A DNA stretch of 64,000 nucleotides from Nemertoderma westbladi (lineage: Eukaryota > Animalia > Xenacoelomorpha), in NCBI GenBank assembly GCA_032718475.1, contig JAUCBJ010007765.1, positions 1 to 64,000 of the forward strand. Direction: 5' to 3'. Under the pieces are notes generated by a model that worked only from the letters and a program-made list of their open reading frames with translations, made no database searches and had not been told where the DNA came from. The position numbers and the translations under genes are program-made. Of this stretch, positions 1-13,134 are shown in pieces. The stretch's first letter is position 1. Every line of letters begins with the position of its first letter.

Positions 1-3000
1 ATGGAGTGGAGATTTATCTTATCATGCGTATGAGTGTGTGAAAGTCTCCCAAACATAGTCAATAGCCGATAAAATTCATAAAGTCATGTATAAACAGGAC
101 ATTGACTATTAAAGAATTACTATTAAATAACATCCCAGATCTGTATGCATGGGAATCACCCTAATTCTACCGCTAGCTTTGCATAATGTCACCATAGCAA
201 CAATCACGCTAGAATTAGAATTGAGTTAAAAGAACAATAGAAAGCTTGTCCCATTGAATAGCATAGGAAATAAATAGTGCACTGATAGTATCCAAGGATA
301 CATAATAATACAGTGACATTCTGGAAGGCATTGACTAACGGACAAGTGACCCGAGTGTGTGTAATTTGTGACAAGTTGTGTGTGTGGTACTTGTGAGTTT
401 ATAGGCGAATGTTACTACTAAGGTGTGTTTACAGTAGCCAGTCGCAATCGTAAAGTAACCTAACTCTCCAAGGAAAACCTGAAGTACATCTAAGACTTTG
501 GGACGGACAGTTGAGTGACTTGTGCCGGTTGTCGTTGTCGTTGTGCGGCTACGTCGTTGGCGAAAGTACAGCGGTGACGACACATCGGCGCTGAGGATCT
601 CGTACTGTCCGGGGTTGATTGGGGTAGGCAGCGACGCCCGCTCGCCTAAATATAAACTCATTATAATATGGATAAACTCATATATAGCAGATATGACGGA
701 GTTGATAGAAGATGGTCTTGTCATCCTATCGATTTACACAATACGGACTATGTCGACTATATATCCTGCCCAGCGGAGTCGGAACCATAAACGGAAATTC
801 AAATGCGAAAATTCTATTCGAAATCGACTCGAAAGAAAAGACACTTAAGAAACAAATGGACGCGGTAACTCCAACGTATATTTGGAATTCTTGATAGAAG
901 CATTGTAACAACAAATAAATATCACCCGCGTTTACCCTACCAGACGTGCGTCTTTGGTATTATGACGATAAATGCCCTAGACCCAACTAATAAACGGAAA
1001 GACATAAACATCCACGTAAACCGAAACTTGTTGACGTATCACCTATGCTCACTCGGCTCGAACGATCCTGGAGTAAACCTACGATCAGAGTCCCGGAATA
1101 CTCGGTCAAACCTCCTCATTCCTTAGTTGGACCTCAGACCTGCGATCTTGGTGGTGTCGCGGATCCTCGCGGACTGTATTCACTGTTCAAAGATCTAGTG
1201 CTACCCTAACAATTAATCGGTAACACTCCGACAGTGATTTCTAGCTAGCCGCCCATCTTACCTAGCCGGATTGTGACGCGGACACCTAATATCACTATCC
1301 AACCGTATGGTCGTCCACGTTTAACGCGATACAACCCCTCATCAAGGTGAAGGAGAGCGTTGTACGAAACGAGTTAAACGCTATTTTATAAAGATCAAAA
1401 AGGAAACCTGCGTTTGTTCAGATAAGCGTAAGTTATAACAGTGAGTCCAATCGATAAACGAATTGGCCTTATCTCAATTCGATTGGGAAATCCAGAATCT
1501 TTAAGAAGTTATCGAACTTGGACGATCCTATTCTCTGCGAGAGTTTTTGGATGAACGTATCCAGCTACGAGCGGAGGAAAATCAGCTCGAGGAGAAGCAT
1601 ATCGAAACGGCAGATACCTCGACCACAATCCTACACCTTCTGATGCAATCATATTGCACCCTTCACCCAGGAGTTATGGCCCTCCTAGTAAAGTGGCTCC
1701 CCCCAAAGAGAAAAAGACTCTTGCTAGCCTCAAAAAACTGCGTAAACGCCGTCCGCGCAAGAAAGACTAACTGTTTAGAGTATCTTTGTGTTTTAGAAAC
1801 TGTGATTTTTATATTTTATAGACTGAAAATCCCATTTTCTGGGAGCGGTGTAAAAGCCTTTGCTGAATTGCCCCGTTATTTTTATTATCTTTTACATTAA
1901 AATACTCTGTAGTTGATTTAATAAGTGTAAGAGACCGTATTATTGCTGTATCGGTGTTTTTAGAGGATCTAAGACCTATTTCCTCCGTATGTGTACTGTG
2001 AAAGGCATATTTTATGATTCTATGGCAATTCGTGACGCAAAAGGGTGATAGCTACTCTTGAACAGTAGTTACTATGACTACGGTTAACAGCTGACATTCA
2101 TACGTGTTGATTTCCTTTGTTCTACGGCGTCTCTCAGTTCAGTCAGCCAATGAGAGCGTTTTTGTGGCTCCTTGTACAGAAAATTTCCGAGAAATGACGC
2201 AATGCCTATGTGCAGTGTTTACATTCAGTCTTGAGCCAAAGAGAGAACGGCTTGGAAGTATTTTGTGCTGTACTGCTTTTAGTCGTACACTAGTAGGTTT
2301 AATTATAAAGGGCATATATCCTTTAACGGACTGCTGCAATTTAACATACCTGATGACTGCTGACTGATCATACATGCTGACTGCTGAAACATTGCAAACT
2401 CATAACAATCAGTGTTTTCATTGTTGTTTTATACTGCTATTTACCGTCAGTTCTTCATAATATGGTTGATGAATAATTATATTTGGAATAACGATAAACA
2501 ACCCCTAAACCCAATATTCTTGATATACCGAAGGTAAGAGAGAAGGGTTACAAATAAACGATTGTGACTTATGTTAAAGTGGTTTGAAGTGAATCTAATG
2601 TTATTTGATAGACCCTACATGATTCAGTCTGTGTTCCTTTTATATGTGACTAAAATCAGTGAAGATTGGCAGATTAGTGTGCAGTATTGTGCAGCATTGT
2701 GTATGAGTGAGTCTGTTAAAGAAGCAATTCCTAAAGAATGCGCCATATATGTGAATTATAATTAAGCCATATCGTTGTGAGTAGTTTAAGTCATAACTCT
2801 GTTTATATAGATAAAGCGCCACGTCCTAAAGGAACTGTTAATATTACCGAAGGTGAATAATATTGTCAGAGATTATATATTACTGTCAGTCGAATAATAC
2901 ATTAGGCTTACATAGCAATAAAAATTAAACCGTCGAACCCAATCTCCCGGGAATATCCAGCGGGTGAATGGTCGCGCACGGATTGGTTTCGACTAGTGTA

Positions 3001-3565
3001 GTGAATCAAATACTTGTCATAGACTAAAAAGCGATTTATTATCTAGAAGACATTCTAATTTGGCGGGTTAAACTGCCAAAGGTCTGAAAGCGCGAACAAA
3101 TCCTGAAGATGGACAGAATTTCGGTTAACACTATTGCTATAGACCCAGGGCGATGTAGGTGATTGATGCAGACTTGCATTAAAGTCTCCCAGGAATGTTA
3201 AGAATGCATGCTGATCCACTCCATCAGTAGCTGCTTGTAGATTGTGGTAGAAATTTTCCACCTCCTTTACAGGGGCAACACTAGTTGGAGAGTAGCACAC
3301 AATCAGAACCACCTTAGGAAACTTCTTAGCCAGTCTTCCAGAACATGAGAAGTGGCAATGGATGATGCGGTTAGAGATTTGGTATATTTTGTCCAATGCT
3401 GCATGTGCAGTTGGATTCATCAATAGACCAATTCCACCATTGCCACTATCATCTGCTGACGCGAGGGCGAGTCGCCAACCGCCCCCCATGTCCTTAATCA
3501 GAACCTCATCAGTCTGTCCAGTCTGCATTCGGTGCTCTTGAACACCCACTGCGCTAAGAAAGCTT

Positions 3566-6493
3566 CCCGGGTTGAGAATCTTATCATATTAGTAAAGTAC
3601 TACCTAATGGCAAGTTACTGGCATGATAATTTTACTAAAATTTTACAATTACCACAATTTGCATTATTTGTTAAGGAATTAAATAATACTTGCCAAGTAC
3701 AGTATAGATTTTAAGAAATATTTGGGTGGGCACTTATCATGCAATGCACTTTCCAAATTCTTAACAAATTTTGTATTCCTAGAATATACTTTCTGTGACT
3801 TTATAACTTGACAAACATTTCATAAATACATAAATTAGTGGTGCTTGACACACATTGCAATTATAAATCAGACACATGATTCATCGCCAATAAATGACTC
3901 ATTCAGTCATTTTGTGGTCAGTAGGCCTACTGCTGTACTGCAGAGTTGCGTTTATTGAGTTTTCTTTATTTAAATTTAATTGTTTAATGAGTTTTGCTTA
4001 CAAATATTCAAAATAGTGTAGGGCCTATAGTGTTTTGTTACTTTAATTTTTACTGGTAGTTTTATTGCTGTTTGTTTACTTCAATTCAATTGTTTATTGT
4101 ATTTTGTGCTCTTTAATTCTGTAATTAATGTTTATCGAGTTTTGTAATCTTGAATTGTTTAGTGCCTTTTGTATGCTTGTTTTGTTTATTGTTTATTTTT
4201 TTTGTTTGTACTGTTTATATCGTTAATGAAATATTTATGGTTTGCCTAATTGTCTGATTGTTGCTAATTGGCAATTGTAATTGGATTAATGCCTAATTGA
4301 TATACAATTAAAATTCAAATTATTTAAATGTTGTGAAATTTGCTTAATAACAATTGAATTTGGAAGAATTGGAATTTAAAAAAGGCCTCATAATCCAAAG
4401 ACATACAATGAACTTGTTGGGGATGTTGTTGGGGTTCTGGCCTCTCTAGCATTTGGACCACGAAACGTGCCAGACGGAACCCATAGTCAGAGACCAGCCT
4501 GGATTAAGTGGAGAGGCAGGACTTTAGTGTGATGTAGGAGTTCCAGGGGCATTCAACCCGGAGACTCAGGCGTTGTTAGATATCAGCAGATCAGGGTCGT
4601 AAACCTTGACGCCGAGTCGTATGTGGGACGCCGCCCAATGAGGGTCCTAGAATCTGCGGAGGACGCTAAAACGGCACTATATGCTGAACCAGCGAGACAG
4701 AGGAGAGCAGTCTTTGCACCCTTCGTAGTCTCTTGCGATGGAGTTCTGGCACCGCAGTCCAACAAGCTCCTGAGAAATCTTCGCTGTTAGGTTGCACCAC
4801 AACTGGGACAGACCTTATAGCACCGTCATGGAGTGAGTTCGCCGCCGTGTGCAGTTCACAATAGTTCGAGGGGCTTCTCATTGCATCAGGAGGACAGTGG
4901 TCTGGGTACGGAGGATGGAGCTGGATTGCCGATCACTCTACTCGTCTGACTCTGTAAACTGAATCTGTAAACTATGTAATGTGTTGTGTTTTCTCTTATT
5001 TGTATCTGTGCTAGTCTTTTTGGAATTATAGTTACTGTAGGTTCTTGTAAAATTCTCAGTGTATAATATTAATTGTAATTTCTGCTTTATATTATTATAT
5101 TATTGTTAAAGCCGTTTCATTGTACTAAACGGGGGTCTGGGGTTTGGGAGCGGCAGCTCCCAATAAAAAATAACAAAATGAAGATAAAAAAGTTAACCCT
5201 ACTTAAAAAAAATAAAAAAAAAAATTTTCCCTGATTTTTATTCTGTTTTTTTTCCATACATTTTCCCATGGAAACCTTATTTTCTCACAGACACCGGGTA
5301 GTAACGAAATTGTAAAAAAATGCACTGTACAGTTACAGTATATAAAATTCAACTGGACCTCCCCAATGAACCGCTAGTTATCCTGCATCTAAACTCAATA
5401 ATAACTGTATATCTACAGTATATCGTATTACAATACCAGTACTATGGTAGCCGTAGCACTTCATTATTTGGAATTCCTTGTACTAACTGTATTAATGATT
5501 TTTAACATGACTAAAATTATTTTTAAAACTAATGTTAATTTGATCATTGAACTGAACCACTATCTTCGTTGGGAAAAGTTAACCCTAATGTTCAAAATAC
5601 AATTGCTGCAATCTATAGTTTAATATGATGATATTTTTAGCATCTTTATATGGGTGATAAATTTTTTATTTTATTTCGTGCTCCAAGTCGTAATCTACTG
5701 TAGCGATTGATAAGATTATAAATTTGAATTAAATAGTTTTATTGCATAAAAAGAAATGAGGAATACCATTTTTGAACTTTATTGTTAAATTTTTCCGACG
5801 TAACTGTGTTTTAGTGTAGACCTACAGTATTTACGCGATTATATCTGATTTATTTGATGATCTGATTTATATATCTATGTAACGTACAGTAATATTATGT
5901 TTGTTGATATGTTGTTTATATTAAAAACAATAAGTAAGAGTCTCTGTATTAATTTGTTTACATATGTCATGGGGGGGGGGGGGGGGTGGGGATGCAACAA
6001 AGAGTATCAAACCAAACATGTGCATACATCACTCACCATGATGATGTTCCATGTATTGTTTCTCTTATCGGATGGGGGGAGGGAGGGGGGGGGGGGGGGG
6101 CATCATTTACTTTCATTCGAAAGCTAACATTTATTTTTCAAAAATAATTATTACTTAAAAAATTAGCGACGCAGGTTCGAACTAGTGCCGGGAATATATA
6201 GGTTATAGATATATGCTAGATTTGTAATGCGTATGTTATTAGTTCATTACACTTGCAAAGTGCTTGCATACATCATCGGTTACATATAAAGCACGTTTAT
6301 ATATCCTGTAATACTTGTCAGTCACATAGCAACAACTTGCTAAACATTATAAACTTGCAATGTCCTTTTTATGAGATTGGAAAATTTGTTAAGTACTTTA
6401 CTCACCCTTTGCACCAACGTTGCTAAGCGTTCTAAGTCTTTCTAAGCAGACTTGTTTAAAACTTAGGAAATATACTAAGAATTTCAACCCGGG
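3566..6493. mobile_element. Non-autonomous TIR DNA transposon (CCC...GGG termini, 2-bp TSD; CMC/EnSpm-like)
   Basis: Left end CCCGGGTTGAGAATCTTA, right end TAAGAATTTCAACCCGGG; TT duplicated on both sides; interrupts the LINE endonuclease frame; no transposase ORF. Confidence 0.7.
4400..4960 (+). mobile_element. 3' fragment of an RLE-type (CRE-like) non-LTR retrotransposon
   Basis: Broken translation GL*CDVGVPGAFNPETQALLDI..IRVVNLDAESY..VLESAEDAKTALYAEPARQRRAVFAPFVVSCDGVL matches the PD-(D/E)xK restriction-like endonuclease C-terminus of these elements. Confidence 0.65.
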
Positions 6494-7553
6494 TTATCTG
6501 CCAAGGCAGTCAGCTCACCTTGTCGCATTGGGGACCCGAGTGTTAGGGTGTTTACTGAGGCTAGTCTTGTGACTTGCCTCAGATTCACCAATGGCTTTTG
6601 TTGGTCGGGGTGGAACATGAGAGTAGCCTCCAACTCCAGAATCCCTCTCCCCATCACAATCTGGCCTTCCTGGTGACCCAGGGTTTGGGCCAGAAAGGTC
6701 ATCAGGAAAGGGACTCAAAGAATTGTTGGCTGCTCTCTCTCCAGTAGGGGGTGAGACAGGCAGCCGGTCAGGAGTTAACTGACGCCTGTGAGGCCGATTG
6801 TGTCCGGTAATTCCACTGGCCTCTAGTGGCCGGACCTCTGCATTGCTAATGTAATCCATAGTGGGGGTTGGGGTGCTTTTTTGCCGAGTCAGCTCTCGGG
6901 GCAAATACCACACCCTGGTTTGCCATTCCACAGGGTGGGTGTCGCAATGGAGTCAGATATGAGGCCCATCACCCATATCTTTTTTTTTTTTTTTTTATCT
7001 ACTCTGGCGCACATGACCCACCATTGGCTGTTGCAGCTCATCTGCTGGGTCATGCCCTGTACCCTTGCTGCCAGGTGCAGGTCGCAGTGAAGTGCTCTTA
7101 GAGTGGACATGAGAACACTCTTCTCCTGACCAGCCATTGGTAGATCACCATCTGCCTGGTCAGGCCATATACCCCCGCAGCCAATTAATGGGTCCTTAAT
7201 CCAGGACCAAGGGCGTCCTTATCCCAGAACGAAGGGGGTCCTAGTTACAGGACCAGATTTGCCCTAGTAAGAGGGTCTATGCAGCTACAGGTGGCACCTC
7301 CTTTATGCTACATGGAGGTGGCAAGTTTTCTTGATCAATGACCTAGAGCTAGAATACCTGACCTGACCATAGTACGGCAGTACGGTAGGCCCTACTACAG
7401 TACTATTACAGTATTATAGTATTATAGGCCTACCTGCTACAGTCTGACAGTGCTGCAGTGCTATCTGCATAGGCCTATTCCAGTATTCCAGTACAGCAGT
7501 ATACCATATACTATATCACTTATGAATTCCGTTATCGAGGAAAGTTATTAGTG

Positions 7554-7880
7554 ATGAGTTACCAGCTGTACCGTAACACCACTCTGGGGAACTGTTTACA
7601 GGAAACTCTGGACGAACTCGTCTCCCAGCAACAGATTACACCGCAGTTAGCCCTGCAAACTCTACTCGTATTTGATAAAGCGATAAACAATGCGTTGGCT
7701 CAGCAAGTCCGTAACAAAATTAGTTTTAAGGGGAATCTAAAAACCTACAGATTCTGTGACAATGTATGGTCTTTCGTCTTGGATGATGTGGAATTCAGGG
7801 ACGGGACTGAACTCAAAGTGGATAAAGTTAAAATAGTTGCGTGCGACGGTAAAGCAAATTCTTCTACGGAAGCCAGGTAA
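7554..7880 (+). CDS. GTF2A2: Transcription initiation factor IIA gamma subunit (108 aa, intronless CDS)
   Basis: [22 protein letters not shown]...FDKAINNAL...[10 protein letters not shown]...VKIVACDGK is the highly conserved TFIIA-gamma sequence; ATG at 7554, TAA at 7878-7880. Confidence 0.97.
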   Translation: MSYQLYRNTTLGNCLQETLDELVSQQQITPQLALQTLLVFDKAINNALAQQVRNKISFKGNLKTYRFCDNVWSFVLDDVEFRDGTELKVDKVKIVACDGKANSSTEAR

Positions 7881-9479
7881 AATAACTGAACTCTTACTGC
7901 TGTACTGTCTTACGAATATTTCCTTTTCTAGATTTGATACCAATGCGCTTTGTCTCATCAACCCATAGCTTTAAACATTTAGCCATAAAAGCATAGGCCT
8001 ACTGGCATAAGCTTATTACCATAGGCTTTATGCGAAGAACTTTGGTTAGGCCTACACAATCTAAGAATGTATGTATTTAGGTACCGGTATCTGGGTATGT
8101 ACCGCTGTACCGGTACCAGGAATTTCATTTATATATTCCTGTATTCTGTTCAACGATTTTTCAAGCCTATGGATTGATACGAATGATTGATCTGCAGTAA
8201 TGTATATTTAGACATCAGTATACTGGTATATACATATCTATTTCATATTTTTTGTGAAATCTTAAAATATTTAATAATACAGTAATATAAAACATGATCT
8301 TATTCTCGTTTTATTAGTTTATTACATTATGTAATTATGTGATTTATTACATTTGTTACAACACATGGTATATATTTTTGAAAAATATATATCTCCAGTC
8401 CAGTGCTCAATGCAGTCGCGAGCTGTTGTTGCTTATGGACGCTCTCCATCTGCCCATCACCAGAACTAACCCCGGACTATCAACCATAATTATGGTTACT
8501 GGGTTATGGTACTATCTATCCCTTATGACATATTTATCTATTTTAATTAATTTGTAACATTGACGAGTCGTGCGCTGCTCACCTCAGCACTTATTTCAAA
8601 TACTGGTCAAAATCACTAAAAGTCAGAAAGTCTCCAAAATTAGATTGGGATTTTCGTTTCAAAACCTATAAACATATATATTATTCCAGTATTCGAAAGC
8701 TCTTTTTAAGGATAATTATGATGGGCACAATGAACAGCTATTAATTTTTACTTCACTAACTCTATTCTTTTTGGGTTTTAAGTTAAGTCCCCTCTGTAAT
8801 GCAATGCCCCCCCCCCCCCCCCCCCCCCCTACTTGTATTGCCATTTTCGCATGGTGTCTACTCTGTAATGTAATGCATTATACCCTACCTAATAGCGTAA
8901 TAGGGTTGGTGCACGAAAAAATCGTTGGGCTAGAAACAATTGAATAAGGGGTAAGAAGGTGGAGGTAGAATAAAACGTCTGTCCTTAATCTGATCTGATC
9001 TGACGGCATCTGGTCGTATAACCAATCAAGAGAAAGAGATATAATATTTACCAAGGAATGTTATTATATTATTAAAAATGCGATATATAATGAATGATGG
9101 CGGGTATGAAAGTTTTAAGTTGTGTTATTGCCCCAGCAAAGATGGATAGTTAAACAAGATAGATTAAACATTTATTAAAAACAATACACTCTTTGCTGCA
9201 ATATTTTGGTAAATCTTTCTTGTTAATAGTTATCATTATTAATAGTTAAAGTTAATTATTATATTAATTATAATTAATATTATTAAATAAATAATGATAC
9301 TTATTAATATATTACATTTAAAATATTTATTGTTTGTTTGTTACGCTAAAGGGAGGCAGGAAGGAGTTTCTATGGTCTTAGTGTGATGATTAACTTATCT
9401 GCTTCTATACATGCATCACTACCGTACCGGTACCACTGTGCACTAAACAGCCTGTACCAGTACTGCAGTATCTGAGTCA

Positions 9480-9830
9480 GCTGATCACATTTAAATCGAC
9501 CTATAATTAAACGTCGAAATAATTCACTGTCAGCTGATCACATTTAATACAACATATAATTATAGATTGAAATAATACAATGTCTCATTTAAAATTACAT
9601 ATAATTATCGGTTGAAATAAGTCAACTGTTATTTAAATCGAGCAATAATATCAAGCAAAATAATTCAACAGACAAAATGTTTTAAATAAACCTATAATAT
9701 TAAGCAAAATAATGCAGTTTTGAAACATTATTTAAATTGATCAATAATATCAAGCGAAATAATTACGTTGAAAAACATTATTTAAAACGACCAATAATAT
9801 CACTCGTATTAAATTATTGAATATTGATTC
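9480..9830. repeat. Degenerate ~58-bp tandem repeat (about 6 copies)
   Basis: Recurring ATTTAAATCGACC(T/A)ATAAT...GAAATAAT units. Confidence 0.55.
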
Positions 9831-10349
9831 TAAATGAATGCCGTACTAGAACAACCTATAAATGACTCTCTGTGACATACTAGGTATACTGGAAATACAT
9901 AGTAAAATGTATGACGTAGGGACATACTGAGACATAATGTCGCACTGCGATGTAAACGTAAAGTTGGAAAATATGTCGCCCTGGAGATTTGGTAGTGCGA
10001 AATTTATTCCACACAAATAAATAAAATCTACCCTACATGCTAAAGCCTGCGTTTTTTAATTAAAACAAGGCAAAGATAGGTGAAATATTTCGTAGTAGTT
10101 AAATGGTTATTATGCGAAATGCCAAGCCACACAAACAAAACTGACACAAAGCATCGCAATGCCCTGCCTTTTTTTCTTTAATTTTATATATTATATGTTT
10201 AAATTTATTTTCGTCTACTCTAGTACAGTAGCACTACTTTGATATATTATATGTTTAAATTTATTTTCGTCCGCTCTAGTACAGTAGCACTACTTTGAAA
10301 TATTGATATTTTACCCTAGAACAATAATATAATGGCAAAAATATGATTT

Positions 10350-10465
10350 CTTATATCAGCTGATCGAGGTATTCTAGAATGTTGTGCGCTTATATCAGCT
10401 GATATAGGTATTCTAGAATGTTGTGCGCTTATATTAGCTGATAGAGGTATTCTAGAATGTAGTGA
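10350..10465. repeat. 39-bp tandem repeat x3
   Basis: TTATATCAGCTGATnGAGGTATTCTAGAATGTTGTGCGC repeated. Confidence 0.75.
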
Positions 10466-10637
10466 GCAGGCCTATTTGTTATTCTGTGTGTGAGGGGGGT
10501 CCAGCAACAAGTTTCAGTAACAATAGGCAGCAACAAGTTGCTCCGTGTGAGGTGGGCCTTACTCAATGTTAAATAATTTTGTGTTCTCGAATATTTATTA
10601 CGTAACTAGAGAGAACTACATAAACCAATATCAGATA

Positions 10638-11592
10638 TAGGTCGTGGAACCATAGGGCCTATTCTGGCGCTTAGAATGATAATCGAAGAGTTATCGACAA
10701 AGAAAGACAGACATATGCCTGTTGTCTTTGTTGACTTCTTTAAGGCCTTCGACTCAGTCTCCCGACCGTGGATGTTTAGCATACTTGCAGCACATGGGAT
10801 TCCTGACGAAATTATTGCTCTGTCACCTACATCTATCACTATCACATATCACATCATCTATCACATAACTGTACATGTACGATGGTTCCACCACATTTGT
10901 GTCTACTGTTGATTGTGATACAGATCCATTTCATTCGCAGTCTTATGGGGAGTCCTTCAGGGTGTCACACTTGCACCATTCTTATTGTGGTATTGTGGTT
11001 GATTATGTTCTACGCATGTCCGTAGACAATCTTATTAGAAATGGGGTGATGGTAACACCCCTTATTGGCACAAGAAGTAGAGGAAATCCAGCAAGCAAAG
11101 CCAAGTACCTTACTGATCTAGACTTTGCTGATGACTTAGGGTTACTGTCAGAATCACTAGAGGGAGCCCGAAGGCGCCTCTGCTCATTGGAACAGGTTGC
11201 TTCTAGTGGTGGTCTTTTTGTAAAGCTTTTTCTTTTTGCAGCCCTCAAAACATGTCTGAAGAATGTCTTGCTTGAGCACATGGATGACTTCTGCTACTTG
11301 GGATCATGGATCCGGAAGTCAGATAAAGACCTTTGGGATCATAAGGCATTGGCAGCATTGAATAGTCTGTCCAGGATTTGGAAGTCCCATAGAATAAAAC
11401 GGAACCTTAAGTTTCGATTATTTATGGCAGTAGTAGTACCAGTCCAGTACTCTTATATGGGAGTCCATACGGGGCTCTAACTGCAGAAGATACCAAATCT
11501 CTGGATGGCACTTTCACAAGAATTCTGCGCCAAGTTCATTGTGTTAAGTACAATGAACACATCTCCAATCAGACTATATGCAACATTGGGTG
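10638..11592 (+). mobile_element. RTE-like LINE reverse transcriptase fragment (decayed)
   Basis: FVDFFKAFDSV, MYDGSTT, LTDLDFADDLGLL, DDFCYLGS motifs with frameshifts; near-identical sequence at 32800-33370 and, inverted, at 40400-41050. Confidence 0.9.
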
Positions 11593-11624
11593 TGTTTTAT
11601 TAGTCTACCCACAGCGTTATTCAC

Positions 11625-11677
11625 ATCCTGCTGAAGAAAACCATAAGTTTGAAACCTAGGTACCGGGTTCGAGTCCC
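11625..11677 (+). ncRNA. Degenerate minimal type I hammerhead ribozyme motif fused to a tRNA-like B-box
   Basis: ATCCTG-CTGAAGA-AAAC CATAA GTTT-GAAA-CCTAGG-TA-CCGGGT then TCGAGTCCC: intact core, 4-bp stem II, palindromic stem III (ACCTAGGT), GUA site, stem I with one mismatch. Confidence 0.6.
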
Positions 11678-12215
11678 AATAGGTCGGTTGCTATGTTTCG
11701 CTATTGAGGGTTTTCATATCATTATATTATATGAACTAATTAATTATTTTCTACCATTATTGCTGTAGAGTTCTAAGTTATTTGTTCGGACAGAGTTGGT
11801 TGTTAAATTAAGCAGTCCATATAAAGGGATAATACCACACCATCTTATATCCTCTTAACCCTCTTGGCCTGCTAGTGGATCGAGTTTGCCAAAAAATATT
11901 TTGCTCAGTACACATGTAAACTCATTAAATAGTAGACCTTTATTCCTTCTGAATAGTAAAACTAAATAAACCCCCATCATACCAATTGTTTTGAAAATTC
12001 TTGAAACTTCACCTTAGTCTTACTTGCCAAATGTAATGATGCCAAAGGCTTACTAGTCGATTGGTAATAATTAACAGTTTAGTAAAACGAGTTAATAGTT
12101 TACTTATTATAAGTACACTGTTCGTACACCTCGAACAAACAGTGTTGTAGTTCTGTAGGTTGTGACTACCGATGTCATCTCGTAACTCCATTATTTGTTA
12201 TTAACTTTGAAAAAG

Positions 12216-13134
12216 ATGTATGACAGAACAGGCTTCCCCGGTTTGCGTTTACGGAGCTTCGACGACAAACCGTTCACTATATTTGGATTTAAGGTCTACT
12301 ACCTTGGTAATAAATCATGTCCAAACACTCCCAGTAAGGATTTTATTGAAAAGGCATCCTCATTGGTTCAAAGCAGACGCCATTTCCTTGGAAACAAAAA
12401 GCGTCTCCGACGTATGGTGATTGAGGTTTCGCAACACGGTTTGGGGTTCTTTGATACGAGTGGATTGAAATCTAGGAAAATGGGTTTTACTGCCAGCGAC
12501 TACGTTCCTTTATACAGGGTCACCTACGTTAGCAAGCAACCACAAAACAAAATATTATTGCTAGTAATAGAAGAAGAAACTGAAAGTTTACTAGTGCGGG
12601 AAGCGGTGCGTAATACTGTATACGTTTGCCACCTAATCCTATTTTCCAGCGTGAATGAAGCTGCCACCGCATATCATAAAATAGAAGAGGCGTTTTCCGA
12701 TTCGCGTAAATACTACGGAATAACTGACAGGAATCCTGAAGCTGATCAGGAGTGGCGACTACTGTGTCAACAGAAGGATAATTCGGAATCTGTTACTCCT
12801 TTAGAAAGTACTCGACATGTAGAATTACCGAAGTTCAAAGTCGAGGAAAATAGATCCAAATTCAATGCAGCGAGAAGCGAATCATGTTTACCTCCTGCCG
12901 CGGATATGGATAACCCTAAGTTATTGAGGTTCAGATTGAGCACCGATGGCGATATAAAGTACAAGTTAAGTACGGATGAGGAAATAAAGTTCAGAGAGAG
13001 TACTGGTGGTGGAGAATTAATGTTCAAAGTGGTTAACGGTGAAGAAATACGAAGTAACGAAGCTGTCAGAAATCGTCCTTATACATCAACGAAATCAGAT
13101 ACAAGACCAAATGTAAATCAGGACAATGTGACAG
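12216..13134 (+). CDS. PTB/PID-domain protein (FAM43-like), exon 1
   Basis: Long ORF with PTB pattern FKVYYLG...RRMVIEVSQHGL...VPLYRVTY...VCHLILF..A; donor ACAG|GTAAAA at 13134, phase 1. Confidence 0.75.

Larger units (their letters stand above)
3050..7360 (-). mobile_element. 5' part (UTR plus APE endonuclease) of an RTE-like non-LTR retrotransposon, split by a DNA transposon
   Basis: APE motifs GVQEHR, GGIGLL, CYSPT, LGDFNA in ORF 3055-3549; the missing N-terminus RLASVNTLTL...ELTALAD lies at about 6494-6580. Removing 3566-6493 rejoins ELTALADKL..SAVGVQEHR with a 1-nt frameshift. The 5' boundary is approximate. Confidence 0.8.

Noticed and set aside
6850-7340. HDV-like or twister ribozyme in the RTE 5' UTR
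   Set aside because: Several hairpins are present but I could not fit the required pseudoknot or core by eye; needs an Infernal search.
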